Below are positions 7,990-16,384 of a DNA stretch of 32,000 nt, piece after piece. Every line of letters starts with the position of its first letter. The stretch's first letter is position 1. The notes under the pieces are model-generated. The model did no database searches, was not told the origin of the DNA, and was given only the letters and a program-made list of their open reading frames with translations. The translations under genes and the position numbers were made by a program. The stretch comes from Candidatus Velamenicoccus archaeovorus (GTDB taxonomy: Bacteria > Omnitrophota > Gorgyraeia > Velamenicoccales > Velamenicoccaceae), in NCBI RefSeq assembly GCF_004102945.1, contig NZ_CP019384.1, forward strand, positions 330,001 through 362,000, read 5' to 3'.

Positions 7990-8649
7990 ATGTTCCGCCT
8001 GAAGAATGGACTTCTTTTGTTGGTCTGCGCGATGTTCTTTTTTGGCGCGGCCGGATGCACGGTTATTTTCCAGAAAGGCCGCCGGTCCGACATGGAAAAG
8101 ATCAGGGAGCTTCAAGATGAAGTGGACCGCCTGTCCCAGATCCGCGCAGACTTAGAGGAGCAGTTGAAAGGGATCAAGGGCGTAAGCTTGAGCATGGAAG
8201 AGAGGGGCCTCGTCATTACTTTCCTCGATGAGGTTCTTTTTGATTCAGGGAAGGCCAAGATCAAGCCGGAAGCTTCTGTTCCCTTGGACAAGGTGGCCTC
8301 GGTCATTACCTCAGAGGCATCTGACTTTGATATCGGCATTGAAGGCCATACGGATAACGTGCCCATCAAGTATTCCGGCTGGAAATCCAACTGGGAACTT
8401 TCGACGGCGCGCGCGACGAGCGTTTTGCATTATTTGATCGAGAAGGGCGTTTCTCCTTCGCGTCTGGCTGCCATCGGTTACGGTGAATTCAGGCCCGTGG
8501 TTTCCAATGATACGGCCGAGGGGCGCAGCAAGAACCGCCGTGTCGAAATCGTTATTCTGCCGCAGCTCCGCAAGGTGGCTCAGGTGCCGCAGCAAGCGGC
8601 CCCCGCAGCCGAAGAGCAGATGATGGAGCCGGCCGAAAATTTAAAATGA
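7990..8649 (+). CDS. OmpA/MotB-domain peptidoglycan-binding lipoprotein with a coiled-coil linker
   Basis: RBS GAAGGAGG. Lipobox FGAAG-C. OmpA-like motifs GHTDNVPI, NWELSTARATSV, GYGEFRP and NRRVEIVI. Confidence 0.87.
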   Translation: MFRLKNGLLLLVCAMFFFGAAGCTVIFQKGRRSDMEKIRELQDEVDRLSQIRADLEEQLKGIKGVSLSMEERGLVITFLDEVLFDSGKAKIKPEASVPLDKVASVITSEASDFDIGIEGHTDNVPIKYSGWKSNWELSTARATSVLHYLIEKGVSPSRLAAIGYGEFRPVVSNDTAEGRSKNRRVEIVILPQLRKVAQVPQQAAPAAEEQMMEPAENLK

Positions 8650-8658
8650 AGCTGATCC

Positions 8659-8683
8659 GGAAAAGAAACGGCGGTTTCTTTCC
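8659..8683 (+). terminator. Hairpin just after the OmpA-like gene
   Basis: GGAAA(A)GAAAC - GGCG - GTTTCTTTCC gives a 10-bp stem with one bulge. No T-run follows. Confidence 0.4.
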
Positions 8684-8720
8684 CATGGTCAAGCGAAACC
8701 TTGCGTCGCCAGGAACCGTT

Positions 8721-8749
8721 GTTGGTTCAGGGCGGTGTCCTGAACCAAC
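8721..8749 (+). promoter_or_regulatory. Perfect 11-bp stem-loop. Its 5' arm recurs as a direct repeat at 8780-8790.
   Basis: GTTGGTTCAGG - GCGGTGT - CCTGAACCAAC. TGGTTCAGGGC is at 8723-8733 and again at 8780-8790, each followed by (T)GGTG. Confidence 0.4.
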
Positions 8750-8828
8750 TGCGGAATGTCGTTGATGGAGCGCTCAGTCTGGTTCAGGGCTGGTGCGGGG
8801 TAAGATCAGGAACGGCAGGAAGAGAGAT

Positions 8829-9179
8829 ATGAATCTACGCAAGCAGCAGCAACCTGTCATTATTCTGGTCGTGGTGGCTCTTCTGCTCTTTGTGTTTCTT
8901 GTCCGGGTGTCGCTGAACCTGAGGAGCTCCAGGCGTAATTTCCGTAATGAGATGGCGCAAAGACTGGATTTGGAAGAAGCGCTTGACGGCATGGAGAAGG
9001 AACGCCGGCAAATGGTCTCGGAATTAGAATCGTTGCGCAGCCGTCTCGCCGCGGCATCGAGCGAGATCAAGAGATTATCCGAGGATCTGGAGACAAAGAA
9101 AAAAGAAGTTGTCTCGGCGAATGCGACCCTTGAAGTTTTAAAGAGAGAGAAGAAATCCTCTTCTTCCGTTTCTATGTGA
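8829..9179 (+). CDS. Small N-terminally anchored coiled-coil protein (FtsB/DivIC-like topology, function unknown)
   Basis: ATG 8829 with AGGAAGAGAG upstream. One TM helix (PVIILVVVALLLFVFLV) is followed by a heptad-rich, charged segment. An intrinsic terminator follows the gene. Confidence 0.55.
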   Translation: MNLRKQQQPVIILVVVALLLFVFLVRVSLNLRSSRRNFRNEMAQRLDLEEALDGMEKERRQMVSELESLRSRLAAASSEIKRLSEDLETKKKEVVSANATLEVLKREKKSSSSVSM

Positions 9180-9206
9180 GTCCAAGTTGCACAGCCAGTG
9201 GGTTTT

Positions 9207-9239
9207 AAAAAAGGAGGGGGAGATCGTCCTCCTTTTTTT
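9207..9239 (+). terminator. Rho-independent terminator
   Basis: AAAAAAGGAGG ... CCTCCTTTTTTT. The AGGAGG/CCTCCT core has A/T extensions and a 7-T run. Confidence 0.65.
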
Positions 9240-9274
9240 ATGATGGATATGATGATTAAGACCGGGGGTGCCTT

Positions 9275-10339
9275 ATGAAGAGCAAGGCCAAAAAAATTCA
9301 AAAGACCAAGGCGGCAGCGCCAAAGCCGAAACTGAAAGACAAGCTTAAAAAGGCTTTGTCTTTAAGCGGTATTTCCAAGAAGCAGGTCTTCAAGCGTCCC
9401 GGCCGGGCGGCAGGGCGGCCGCCGGTAGCCCAGGAGCAGGGGATCCCCCTGCAAGACATGAAGGTCGAGCAGGCGAAATTCTACACGGGTGTCGTCGGAC
9501 AGCCGATGTATCAAAAGTCCGTCATGGCAGAACTGGAGCATAAGGAACTCGCCTGGCGTTATGGCGAAGATATCCTGGTGCTGCAGATCCGCGATCCCTG
9601 GTGGGCACATGCCTATTGGGACATTTCAGGAAGCACGCTTGAGAGGCTTCACAAGGAACTCGGGCATTCTTTCGGCGACGGCCGTTGGCACCTGCGTTCT
9701 TACGATGTCAGTTTCATCAATTTTAACGGCACGAATGCCCATAGGTTTTTCGATACGTCCATCGACGTGGACGCCGGCAACTGGTATCTGAATTTCGGCT
9801 CTCCAGGGACTTCCTGGTGCGTGGATTTAGGCCTTCTTCTGCCGGGCGGCCGTTTCGTCACCGTCTTGAGGTCCAATACGGTATCGCTTCCCCTCGACAG
9901 TCCGTCTTGGGTGACGGACGAAGAATGGATGATCCCCGAGGATGAGTTCCGTAAGCTCTATGGCATGTCCGTGGGCTTGGGGCCCAACGTGTCAAGCCCT
10001 GTCGGCAAGCTCTGGCAGGAACGGCTCAAGAGAGATGTTTCTTCCCGCGGCATCGCATCCATGGGGGTGTCTTCTCCGGTCAAGAAAGGGCAGGTCAAGC
10101 TGCCTTTCTGGCTGGTTGTCGATTGCGAACTGATCGTTTACGGCGCGACCGAACCCGATGCCCACGTGACGGTGCAAGGCAAGCCCATCAAGCTCAGGAA
10201 AGACGGGACCTTTACATTGCGTTTCGCCCTTCCTGACGGAAGACAGGATATTCCCGTCGTTGCCAAATCCGCCAAGATCGACGAGACCCGCACGATTACA
10301 CCTGTCGTCACCAGAAAAACGACACGCAATCCCTCATAG
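9275..10339 (+). CDS. DUF4912-family protein with a Lys-rich N-terminal tail
   Basis: The core LVLQIRDPWWAHAYWDIS matches the DUF4912 signature as I recall it. The N-terminus is KSKAKKIQKTKAAAPKPKLKDKLKK. It lies upstream of a GH57 enzyme, which is a recurrent DUF4912 neighbourhood. Confidence 0.7.
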   Translation: MKSKAKKIQKTKAAAPKPKLKDKLKKALSLSGISKKQVFKRPGRAAGRPPVAQEQGIPLQDMKVEQAKFYTGVVGQPMYQKSVMAELEHKELAWRYGEDILVLQIRDPWWAHAYWDISGSTLERLHKELGHSFGDGRWHLRSYDVSFINFNGTNAHRFFDTSIDVDAGNWYLNFGSPGTSWCVDLGLLLPGGRFVTVLRSNTVSLPLDSPSWVTDEEWMIPEDEFRKLYGMSVGLGPNVSSPVGKLWQERLKRDVSSRGIASMGVSSPVKKGQVKLPFWLVVDCELIVYGATEPDAHVTVQGKPIKLRKDGTFTLRFALPDGRQDIPVVAKSAKIDETRTITPVVTRKTTRNPS

Positions 10340-10482
10340 GAAGTTTTTCCGTTGTTTGTGGTGTTTTTCGCCGACGAGAGACGTCCCGGCGTCGATGAAT
10401 AAAATAATAAACATTTTTAACTCGCACAAGGGTATGGCTTACGCAAGCGTCAGTGCGCGTAAGTTATAGGCCCGAATTTGAT

Positions 10483-10508
10483 CCTTGGCATCCATCTCGA
10501 TGCCAAGG
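10483..10508 (+). promoter_or_regulatory. Perfect 10-bp hairpin in the 275-nt spacer upstream of the GH57 gene
   Basis: CCTTGGCATC - CATCTC - GATGCCAAGG. Flanking hairpins: CTTACGC/GCGTAAG (10438-10463) and ACCGCC-ATAA-GGCGGT followed by TTTT (about 10557-10575). Confidence 0.4.
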
Positions 10509-10614
10509 TGAGGTAAGCGTCAAAGATCTCTTTCGCCCGGATAATTTACGTCACTGACCGCCATAAGGCGGTTTTCGTAAATTGTGGGCTCATGAGAAAA
10601 ACGAGGACAGACGC

Positions 10615-12192
10615 ATGTTTAAAGGCTATCTTTGCATGGTCCTGCACGGGCACCTTCCCTATGTGCGCCATCCCGAGCACGAAGATTTCCTTGAAGAAGA
10701 CTGGTTTTATGAGGCGATTACCGAGACCTATATTCCTCTGATCGCCATGTTCGAGAGGTTGGAGCGGGACAAGATCAATTTCCGCCTGACCATGTCGGTG
10801 ACGCCGACCCTCGCCTCCATGCTGACCGACAGCCTTTTGCAAGATCGGTATGTCAAGCATATCAACAGCCTGATTGAGTTGGCGCACAAAGAAGTGGAGA
10901 GGACGGCATGGCTTCCGGAATTCCAGAAGCTGGCCGTCATGTATTTGAACCTTTTTGCGCATGCGCGCGACCTCTTCGAACGCTACCATCGCAATCTTGT
11001 TTCCGCGTTCAAGCGTTTCCAGGATTCCGGGAATCTCGAAATCATCACGTGCGGCGCGACCCACGGATTTTTCCCTTTGATGGACGTCACCAAGCCTTCC
11101 GTGCGTGCCCAGGTCCGGGTGGCGGTCGCCAATTATGAAAAGAACTTCGGCCGCAAGCCACGGGGGATCTGGCTGCCTGAATGCGGCTATCTACCCGGCG
11201 ATGATGATATTTTGAAAGAAAATGGGATCAAATATTTCTTCGTGGATTCCCATGGCGTTCTCCACGGCACGCCGCGGCCGAAATACGGCGTCTTTGCTCC
11301 TGTTTACTGCAAATCCGGTGTGGCGTGTTTTGCCCGGGACATGGAATCTTCCAAACAGGTCTGGTCCAGCGTCGAAGGCTATCCCGGCGATTATTATTAC
11401 AGGGAATTTTACAGGGATATCGGTTTTGACCTCGATTACGACTATATCCGGCCCTACATCCATCCGGACGGCATCCGCATCAATACGGGGATCAAATATT
11501 ACCGTATCACCGGACCGGATAACGAAAAGATGCCGTACGATCCGGATGCCGCGCGTGAAAAAGCCGCCGCTCATGCGGGCAATTTCATGTTCAACCGGGA
11601 AAAGCAGGTTGAATATCTTTATGAGGCCCTGGGCCGCAAACCCATCATCATCTCTCCCTACGATGCCGAGCTTTACGGGCACTGGTGGTTTGAAGGACCG
11701 CAGTGGCTGGAATTCCTGATCCGCAAGGTGGCGTTTGACCAGAAGACGATCCGCATGGTGACCCCGTCGGAGTATCTGGCCGAAAATCCGAGGAACCAGG
11801 TACTCACGCCTTCCATGTCGAGCTGGGGATGGAAGGGATATTCGGAAGTCTGGCTGCAGGGGTCCAACGATTGGGTTTATCGTCATTTGCATAAAGCCTC
11901 GCGGGTCATGACGGAGATGGTGCGCAGGAACCCGGACGCCGCCGGCATCAAGAGGCGCGCCCTCAATCAGGCCCTTCGGGAATTGCTTCTGGCACAAAGT
12001 TCGGACTGGGCCTTCATCATGGCGACAGGAACGCACGTGACTTACGCCCAGCAGCGGACCAAGAACCACCTGTTGCGTTTTTTCAGGATTGTCCAAGATA
12101 TTGCGGGCGATTCCATTGACGAGGGATTCCTGAAAGAGCTGGAATATAAGGACAATATATTTCCGGAAATCGATTATCGTGTCCATCAATAG
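10615..12192 (+). CDS. GH57-family 1,4-alpha-glucan branching enzyme (with DUF1957-type C-terminal region)
   Basis: The N-terminus GYLCMVLHGHLPYVRHPEHEDFLEEDWFYEAITETYIPLI is typical of GH57 branching enzymes. ATG 10615 has GAGGA upstream. The TTG at 10582 in the ORF track is less likely. Confidence 0.86.
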   Translation: MFKGYLCMVLHGHLPYVRHPEHEDFLEEDWFYEAITETYIPLIAMFERLERDKINFRLTMSVTPTLASMLTDSLLQDRYVKHINSLIELAHKEVERTAWLPEFQKLAVMYLNLFAHARDLFERYHRNLVSAFKRFQDSGNLEIITCGATHGFFPLMDVTKPSVRAQVRVAVANYEKNFGRKPRGIWLPECGYLPGDDDILKENGIKYFFVDSHGVLHGTPRPKYGVFAPVYCKSGVACFARDMESSKQVWSSVEGYPGDYYYREFYRDIGFDLDYDYIRPYIHPDGIRINTGIKYYRITGPDNEKMPYDPDAAREKAAAHAGNFMFNREKQVEYLYEALGRKPIIISPYDAELYGHWWFEGPQWLEFLIRKVAFDQKTIRMVTPSEYLAENPRNQVLTPSMSSWGWKGYSEVWLQGSNDWVYRHLHKASRVMTEMVRRNPDAAGIKRRALNQALRELLLAQSSDWAFIMATGTHVTYAQQRTKNHLLRFFRIVQDIAGDSIDEGFLKELEYKDNIFPEIDYRVHQ

Positions 12193-12264
12193 ACTCCTTC
12201 GGAGATAGCGTTTAGCCGTCGGCAGGTGGAAATTCGGCAGCCAGGAACTATCTCCAAGAGGAGT
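12193..12264 (+). other. 72-nt interrupted stem-loop starting immediately after the GH57 stop codon
   Basis: ACTCCT (12193-12198) plus GGAGATAG (12201-12208) pair with CTATCTCC (12248-12255) plus AGGAGT (12259-12264). The stem encloses 39 nt. Confidence 0.45.
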
Positions 12265-12279
12265 AAGCTATGATGCTGG

Positions 12280-12319
12280 AAAAGCCTCGCTCTCAGATAT
12301 TTGGGTGTAAGGCTTTTTT
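12280..12319 (+). terminator. Candidate intrinsic terminator
   Basis: AAAAGCCT (12280-12287) pairs with AGGCTTTT (12310-12317) and is followed by further T residues. The 22-nt loop is long for a terminator. Confidence 0.4.
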
Positions 12320-12435
12320 CACATGAGGCCCAGACTTGCGGAATGATAATGACGTAAGCCTGTTGGCCGAATACGATCCGCCAGCGTTCTGCGGCGGATG
12401 GATCAGCGAGACCGGACGGATGGAGTCGTATCCAC

Positions 12436-13149
12436 ATGAGACATGGCCAACACTCGCTTCACGTCGCGATCATTATGGATGGCAACGGCCGTTGGGCCGC
12501 GCGCCGCGGACTGGCGCGCAGCGAGGGCCATCGCCGCGGCATGGCGGTGGTGCGTCAGACCATTAAAGACGCCTTGAGCCTGGGGATCGGATATTTGACG
12601 CTCTATGCCTTTTCCAGCGAGAACTGGAAAAGGTCGGAGACAGAGGTCGTTTTTTTGATGCGGATGTGCGAAACCATCCTGGCCGAGGAACTTCCTTTCA
12701 TGATCAACAATGATATACGGTTCCTGCATGCCGGCCGCAAGGAGGGATTGCCGGAAACACTCAGAGACATGATCGTCAGGGCCGAGGATCTCACGAAAAA
12801 CAACAAGAAACTCTGGGTGATTCTCGCCTTCAATTATGGCGGCCGCCAGGAGATTGTCGATGCTGTCAGGCATATCGTTGTTGATATTGTCGAGGCTCGC
12901 CGCCGGGCCGAAGACATTGACGAGAAGGCCATTGCCGACGCCCTCTATGTCCGCGGTGTTCCCGATCCCGATCTTTTGATCCGCACCTCGGGCGAGATGC
13001 GTTTGAGTAATTTTCTCCTGTGGCAGATCTGTTATACGGAGTTCTATGTCACGAACATTCTCTGGCCGGATTTTCGCAAGAGAGATTTTGAGCGTGCCCT
13101 AAGAGAGTTCCAGAAACGTCAGCGTCGCTTTGGAGGTGTCCATGATTGA
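12436..13149 (+). CDS. uppS: Undecaprenyl-diphosphate synthase
   Basis: Shows HVAIIMDGNGRWA, AFSSENWKR and RTSGEMRLSNFLLWQ. Confidence 0.95.
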   Translation: MRHGQHSLHVAIIMDGNGRWAARRGLARSEGHRRGMAVVRQTIKDALSLGIGYLTLYAFSSENWKRSETEVVFLMRMCETILAEELPFMINNDIRFLHAGRKEGLPETLRDMIVRAEDLTKNNKKLWVILAFNYGGRQEIVDAVRHIVVDIVEARRRAEDIDEKAIADALYVRGVPDPDLLIRTSGEMRLSNFLLWQICYTEFYVTNILWPDFRKRDFERALREFQKRQRRFGGVHD

Positions 13150-13975
13150 AAGAAGGATTATTTCGGCCGTATCTTTGGGCCTTCTCGCCCTGGCCAGCAT
13201 CTTCTTCGAGTTTCTTTATGTGGCAACAGTCATCGGGCTTGTGACCCTGGGCCTTTATGAATTTTTCAGCCTGGTCGAGCGCAAGGGGATCCCCATCTAC
13301 AAGTATTTCGGCACCATCATCGGCATTGTGATCCCCTTGTCCATTTATTTCAAGTTTGAGCTGACAAAGGGCTGGGAACTTCTGTTCGTGATGGCGGCTT
13401 TGATCAGCCTCTTTATCCTTCAATTTTCGCGTACACAGAGCGACAATGCCGTTGTCGCAATTTCGACGACCATGTTCGGCATTTTTTATATTTCCTGGCT
13501 TTTCAGCTTCATGATCAAGGTCCGCATCCTTGAACACGGCATGGCATTGGCGGGTTGCTTGCTTTTGGTGACCAAGGGGGCGGATATCGGCGCTTTTTTG
13601 GTCGGCATCAGGTGGGGTAAACACTCTTTGATCCCTAAGATCAGCCCGAAGAAGACGGTGGAGGGTGTCATCGGAGGCATTGCGTTCGGCGTCTGCGGCG
13701 CCTTGGCAAGCAAATCCTTTTTGCCGCCGTGGCCGATCTTTTCTTTTGTGAACCTGGTCCTTTTGGGCATTGTCTTAAGCCTCCTGGGTCTATTGGGAGA
13801 TTTGTCTGAGTCGTTGATCAAGAGGGACTGCGCCACCAAGGATTCCAGCCACATCCTTCCCGGCATGGGGGGGATCATGGATGTGATCGACAGCCTCCTG
13901 TTTACGGCTCCGGCTTTTTATTTTTTCATTCATTATTACACGAGTCGCGCATTTTCCGGACCTACAGTTTTTTAG
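13142..13975 (+). CDS. cdsA: Phosphatidate cytidylyltransferase
   Basis: A polytopic membrane protein with SPKKTVEG and KRDCATKDSSHILPGMGGIMDVIDSLLF. ATG 13142 has GGAGGTG upstream and overlaps the uppS stop by 8 nt. Confidence 0.9.
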   Translation: MIERRIISAVSLGLLALASIFFEFLYVATVIGLVTLGLYEFFSLVERKGIPIYKYFGTIIGIVIPLSIYFKFELTKGWELLFVMAALISLFILQFSRTQSDNAVVAISTTMFGIFYISWLFSFMIKVRILEHGMALAGCLLLVTKGADIGAFLVGIRWGKHSLIPKISPKKTVEGVIGGIAFGVCGALASKSFLPPWPIFSFVNLVLLGIVLSLLGLLGDLSESLIKRDCATKDSSHILPGMGGIMDVIDSLLFTAPAFYFFIHYYTSRAFSGPTVF

Positions 13976-14003
13976 AGGAAAGAAATAACCAAATCCCAAG
14001 AAA

Positions 14004-14039
14004 CCTGCCTTCGCGGGTTACGCCCGCAGGTCAGGCAGG
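14004..14039 (+). terminator. Two-tier GC-rich hairpin in the cdsA-dxr spacer, flanked by AATAACCA words
   Basis: CCTGCCT (14004-14010) pairs with AGGCAGG (14033-14039). The inner stem is GCGGG/CCCGC with loop TTACG. AATAACCAA is at 13984-13992 and AATAACCAG at 14041-14049. Confidence 0.5.
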
Positions 14040-14073
14040 CAATAACCAGGCAATTTGTTCAGTAAGAGCATTT

Positions 14074-15240
14074 ATGAAAAAAAATGTTGTGATCCTGGGG
14101 TCCAGCGGGTCCATCGGCGAGAGCGCCCTGAGTGTGGCGCTCAGGTTTAAGGACAGGGTCCGCGTTGTCGGGCTTTCGGTGAACACCAGGACCGAAAAAC
14201 TGGAATCCCAGATGCGCGTGTGCGCGCCGCGCACTGTCGCCATTGCCGACGAGGAGAAGGCGCGGACATTCCGTCCCGCCCGCCGTAAGGGCGTCAAGGT
14301 CCTGGCGGGACGCCAGGGTGTTTGCGCCCTGGCGGCGCTCAAAGAGGCCGATATTGTCCTTATCGCCGTTGTCGGCGCGGAGGCGATTTATCCTTTATGG
14401 AGCGCGATCCGCGCCGGAAAGACCGTTGCTTTGGCCAATAAGGAATCCATTGTCGTGGGGGGGGCTCTTGTGGCGGACGAGGCGCGCCTGCGCGGAGCCA
14501 GGATCATTCCCATCGACAGCGAACAGAGCGCGATCTTCCAATGCCTGGAAGGATATAATGCGTCCATGGTCAAGCGCGTGTATCTGACGGCGTCGGGTGG
14601 TCCGTTGGTGGACTATCCACGAGGCCGTCTCAAGAATGTGTCCCAGGCGGCCGTCCTGGCGCACCCGCGCTGGAAGATGGGGCCAAAGATCACAGTGGAT
14701 TCGGCCACCCTGATGAACAAGGGGCTTGAAGTCATTGAGGCCAAAAATCTGTTTGGGTTGCCTTTGGATAAGATCAGGGTTCTTGTGCATCGTCAGGCCC
14801 TCGTGCATTCGATGGTGGAATATATGGATGGTTCCATTTTGGCACAGTTGGGGGTCACGGATATGAAGCTGCCGATCCAGTACGCCCTGAGCTATCCCGA
14901 GCGGTGGGCCAACAACGGCGCTTTGAGCCTTGATCTTCTCCGGATGGGGAGTCTGGATTTTTCAGCGCCGGATATGGGCAAATTTCCGTGTCTGCGCCTT
15001 GCATATGAAGCGGCGCGGTCCGGCGGAAGCGTCCCCTGCGTCCTTAACGCCGCCAACGAAGTGGCTGTGGCGTCTTTTCTGGCAGGCCGGCTGACCTTTG
15101 GGCGCATCGCGAATGTCATCGAGGAGACGCTGGCGTCTTCGGGGTGTCCCAGCCGGGCAGGATCCCTTGAAGATATTTTTGCGGCCGATGCTTTTGGCCG
15201 TCGGGTCGCGCAGGAAAAGGTCCGGAAATATGCCAAATGA
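14074..15240 (+). CDS. dxr: 1-deoxy-D-xylulose 5-phosphate reductoisomerase
   Basis: Shows ILGSSGSIGESAL, LANKESIV, HPRWKMGPKITVDSATLMNKGLEVIEA and NAANEVAV. Confidence 0.95.
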   Translation: MKKNVVILGSSGSIGESALSVALRFKDRVRVVGLSVNTRTEKLESQMRVCAPRTVAIADEEKARTFRPARRKGVKVLAGRQGVCALAALKEADIVLIAVVGAEAIYPLWSAIRAGKTVALANKESIVVGGALVADEARLRGARIIPIDSEQSAIFQCLEGYNASMVKRVYLTASGGPLVDYPRGRLKNVSQAAVLAHPRWKMGPKITVDSATLMNKGLEVIEAKNLFGLPLDKIRVLVHRQALVHSMVEYMDGSILAQLGVTDMKLPIQYALSYPERWANNGALSLDLLRMGSLDFSAPDMGKFPCLRLAYEAARSGGSVPCVLNAANEVAVASFLAGRLTFGRIANVIEETLASSGCPSRAGSLEDIFAADAFGRRVAQEKVRKYAK

Positions 15241-15307
15241 GAGGCCGGCGCCCAGATTGATATGATAAGGTTATGATGCCCATGGCGGGCCAAACGAAGG
15301 AAAAGAG

Positions 15308-16381
15308 ATGATAATTTTTATTTTGATCTTAAGCGTCCTGATCTTGATCCATGAGCTCGGCCATTTTCTTGTCGCCAAATGGCAGGGCATCCGCGTGGAA
15401 AAATTTTCCCTCGGGTTCGGCCCCAAGCTCCTTTCTAAAAAGTTCGGGACTACCGAATACATGCTTTGTCTTATTCCTTTCGGCGGCTTCATCAAGATGG
15501 CCGGCGATAATAAGGAAGAATACAAGGGTGCTTCGGATGAATTTCTTTCCCGTTCGCCGGGCCGGCGCGCGCAGGTGATCTTTGCAGGCCCCTTCTTTAA
15601 TTATCTTTTGGCATTTTTCTGCCTTTGGATGGTTTTCTATCTGGGCTATCCCAAGTTCAGCTCTACGATCGGCGAATTGATGCCGGGCATGCCCGCGGCT
15701 AATGTCGGCCTGAAAGCAGGCGATACGGTGACGGCCGTTGACGGAGAACCGGTCCGGTTTTGGGAAGACATGACCAGGCGTATTCACGCAAAGAAAGGGC
15801 AGGAAGTGCGGCTGAAGGTGAAGCGCGATGGGGGGGAATTCGACGTTTTGCTGACTCCCCAGGCCAAAGAAGTTGAGACGATCTGGGGTAAGAAGGTGGA
15901 GGTCGGCTTGATCGGCATCAAGCCGTCGGATGAGATCGTCAAGGTCAAATACGGTCTCTGGAAAGCCTTGATCAAAGGGACGCAGACCTTATGGGACATG
16001 ACCGTCATGACGATCAGGGCTTTGTTCTACATCATTATCGGGACGATGTCGTTCAAGGATTCGGTGACAGGCCCCCTGGGGATCTTTTTTATCACCACCA
16101 ATGCCGCCAAGATCGGTTTTTCCTCCATCCTGCACGTGATCGGTATTCTCAGCATGAGCCTGGCGATCTTTAATCTTTTGCCGCTCCCCATTCTCGATGG
16201 AGGCCATATTTTCTTTGCGGGTCTGGAGCGTTTGCGCGGTCGTCCCCTGGCTTCCAGGACCGAAGAGATCGTCAGCAACGTGGGGATGAGTTTCCTGATC
16301 ATCCTGGCGATATTCATCTTCTGCAACGACCTGATACGTTACGGTTATTGGGATAAATTTGTGGCGATGTTCCAGAAATGA
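15308..16381 (+). CDS. rseP: RIP (site-2) zinc metalloprotease, M50 family, with a PDZ domain
   Basis: HELGHF zinc motif near the N-terminus, a central PDZ-like segment (GLKAGDTVTAVDG) and C-terminal NLLPLPILDGGH. Confidence 0.92.
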   Translation: MIIFILILSVLILIHELGHFLVAKWQGIRVEKFSLGFGPKLLSKKFGTTEYMLCLIPFGGFIKMAGDNKEEYKGASDEFLSRSPGRRAQVIFAGPFFNYLLAFFCLWMVFYLGYPKFSSTIGELMPGMPAANVGLKAGDTVTAVDGEPVRFWEDMTRRIHAKKGQEVRLKVKRDGGEFDVLLTPQAKEVETIWGKKVEVGLIGIKPSDEIVKVKYGLWKALIKGTQTLWDMTVMTIRALFYIIIGTMSFKDSVTGPLGIFFITTNAAKIGFSSILHVIGILSMSLAIFNLLPLPILDGGHIFFAGLERLRGRPLASRTEEIVSNVGMSFLIILAIFIFCNDLIRYGYWDKFVAMFQK

Positions 16382-16384
16382 CCA

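Noticed and set aside
8685-8765. A 26-codon sORF (MVKRNLASPGTVVGSGRCPEPTAECR) in the OmpA-downstream spacer
   Set aside because: It has no SD. It runs through a perfect hairpin that better explains the sequence. There is no supporting evidence for it.
12209-12247. Possible SRP (4.5S) RNA because of GGTGGAAA...GGCAGCCAGG, which resembles the GGAA / AGCAGCC domain IV words
   Set aside because: The required helix-8 geometry is not formed: there is no GNRA tetraloop closed by a stem and no symmetric or asymmetric loops. The resemblance is limited to a few nucleotides.
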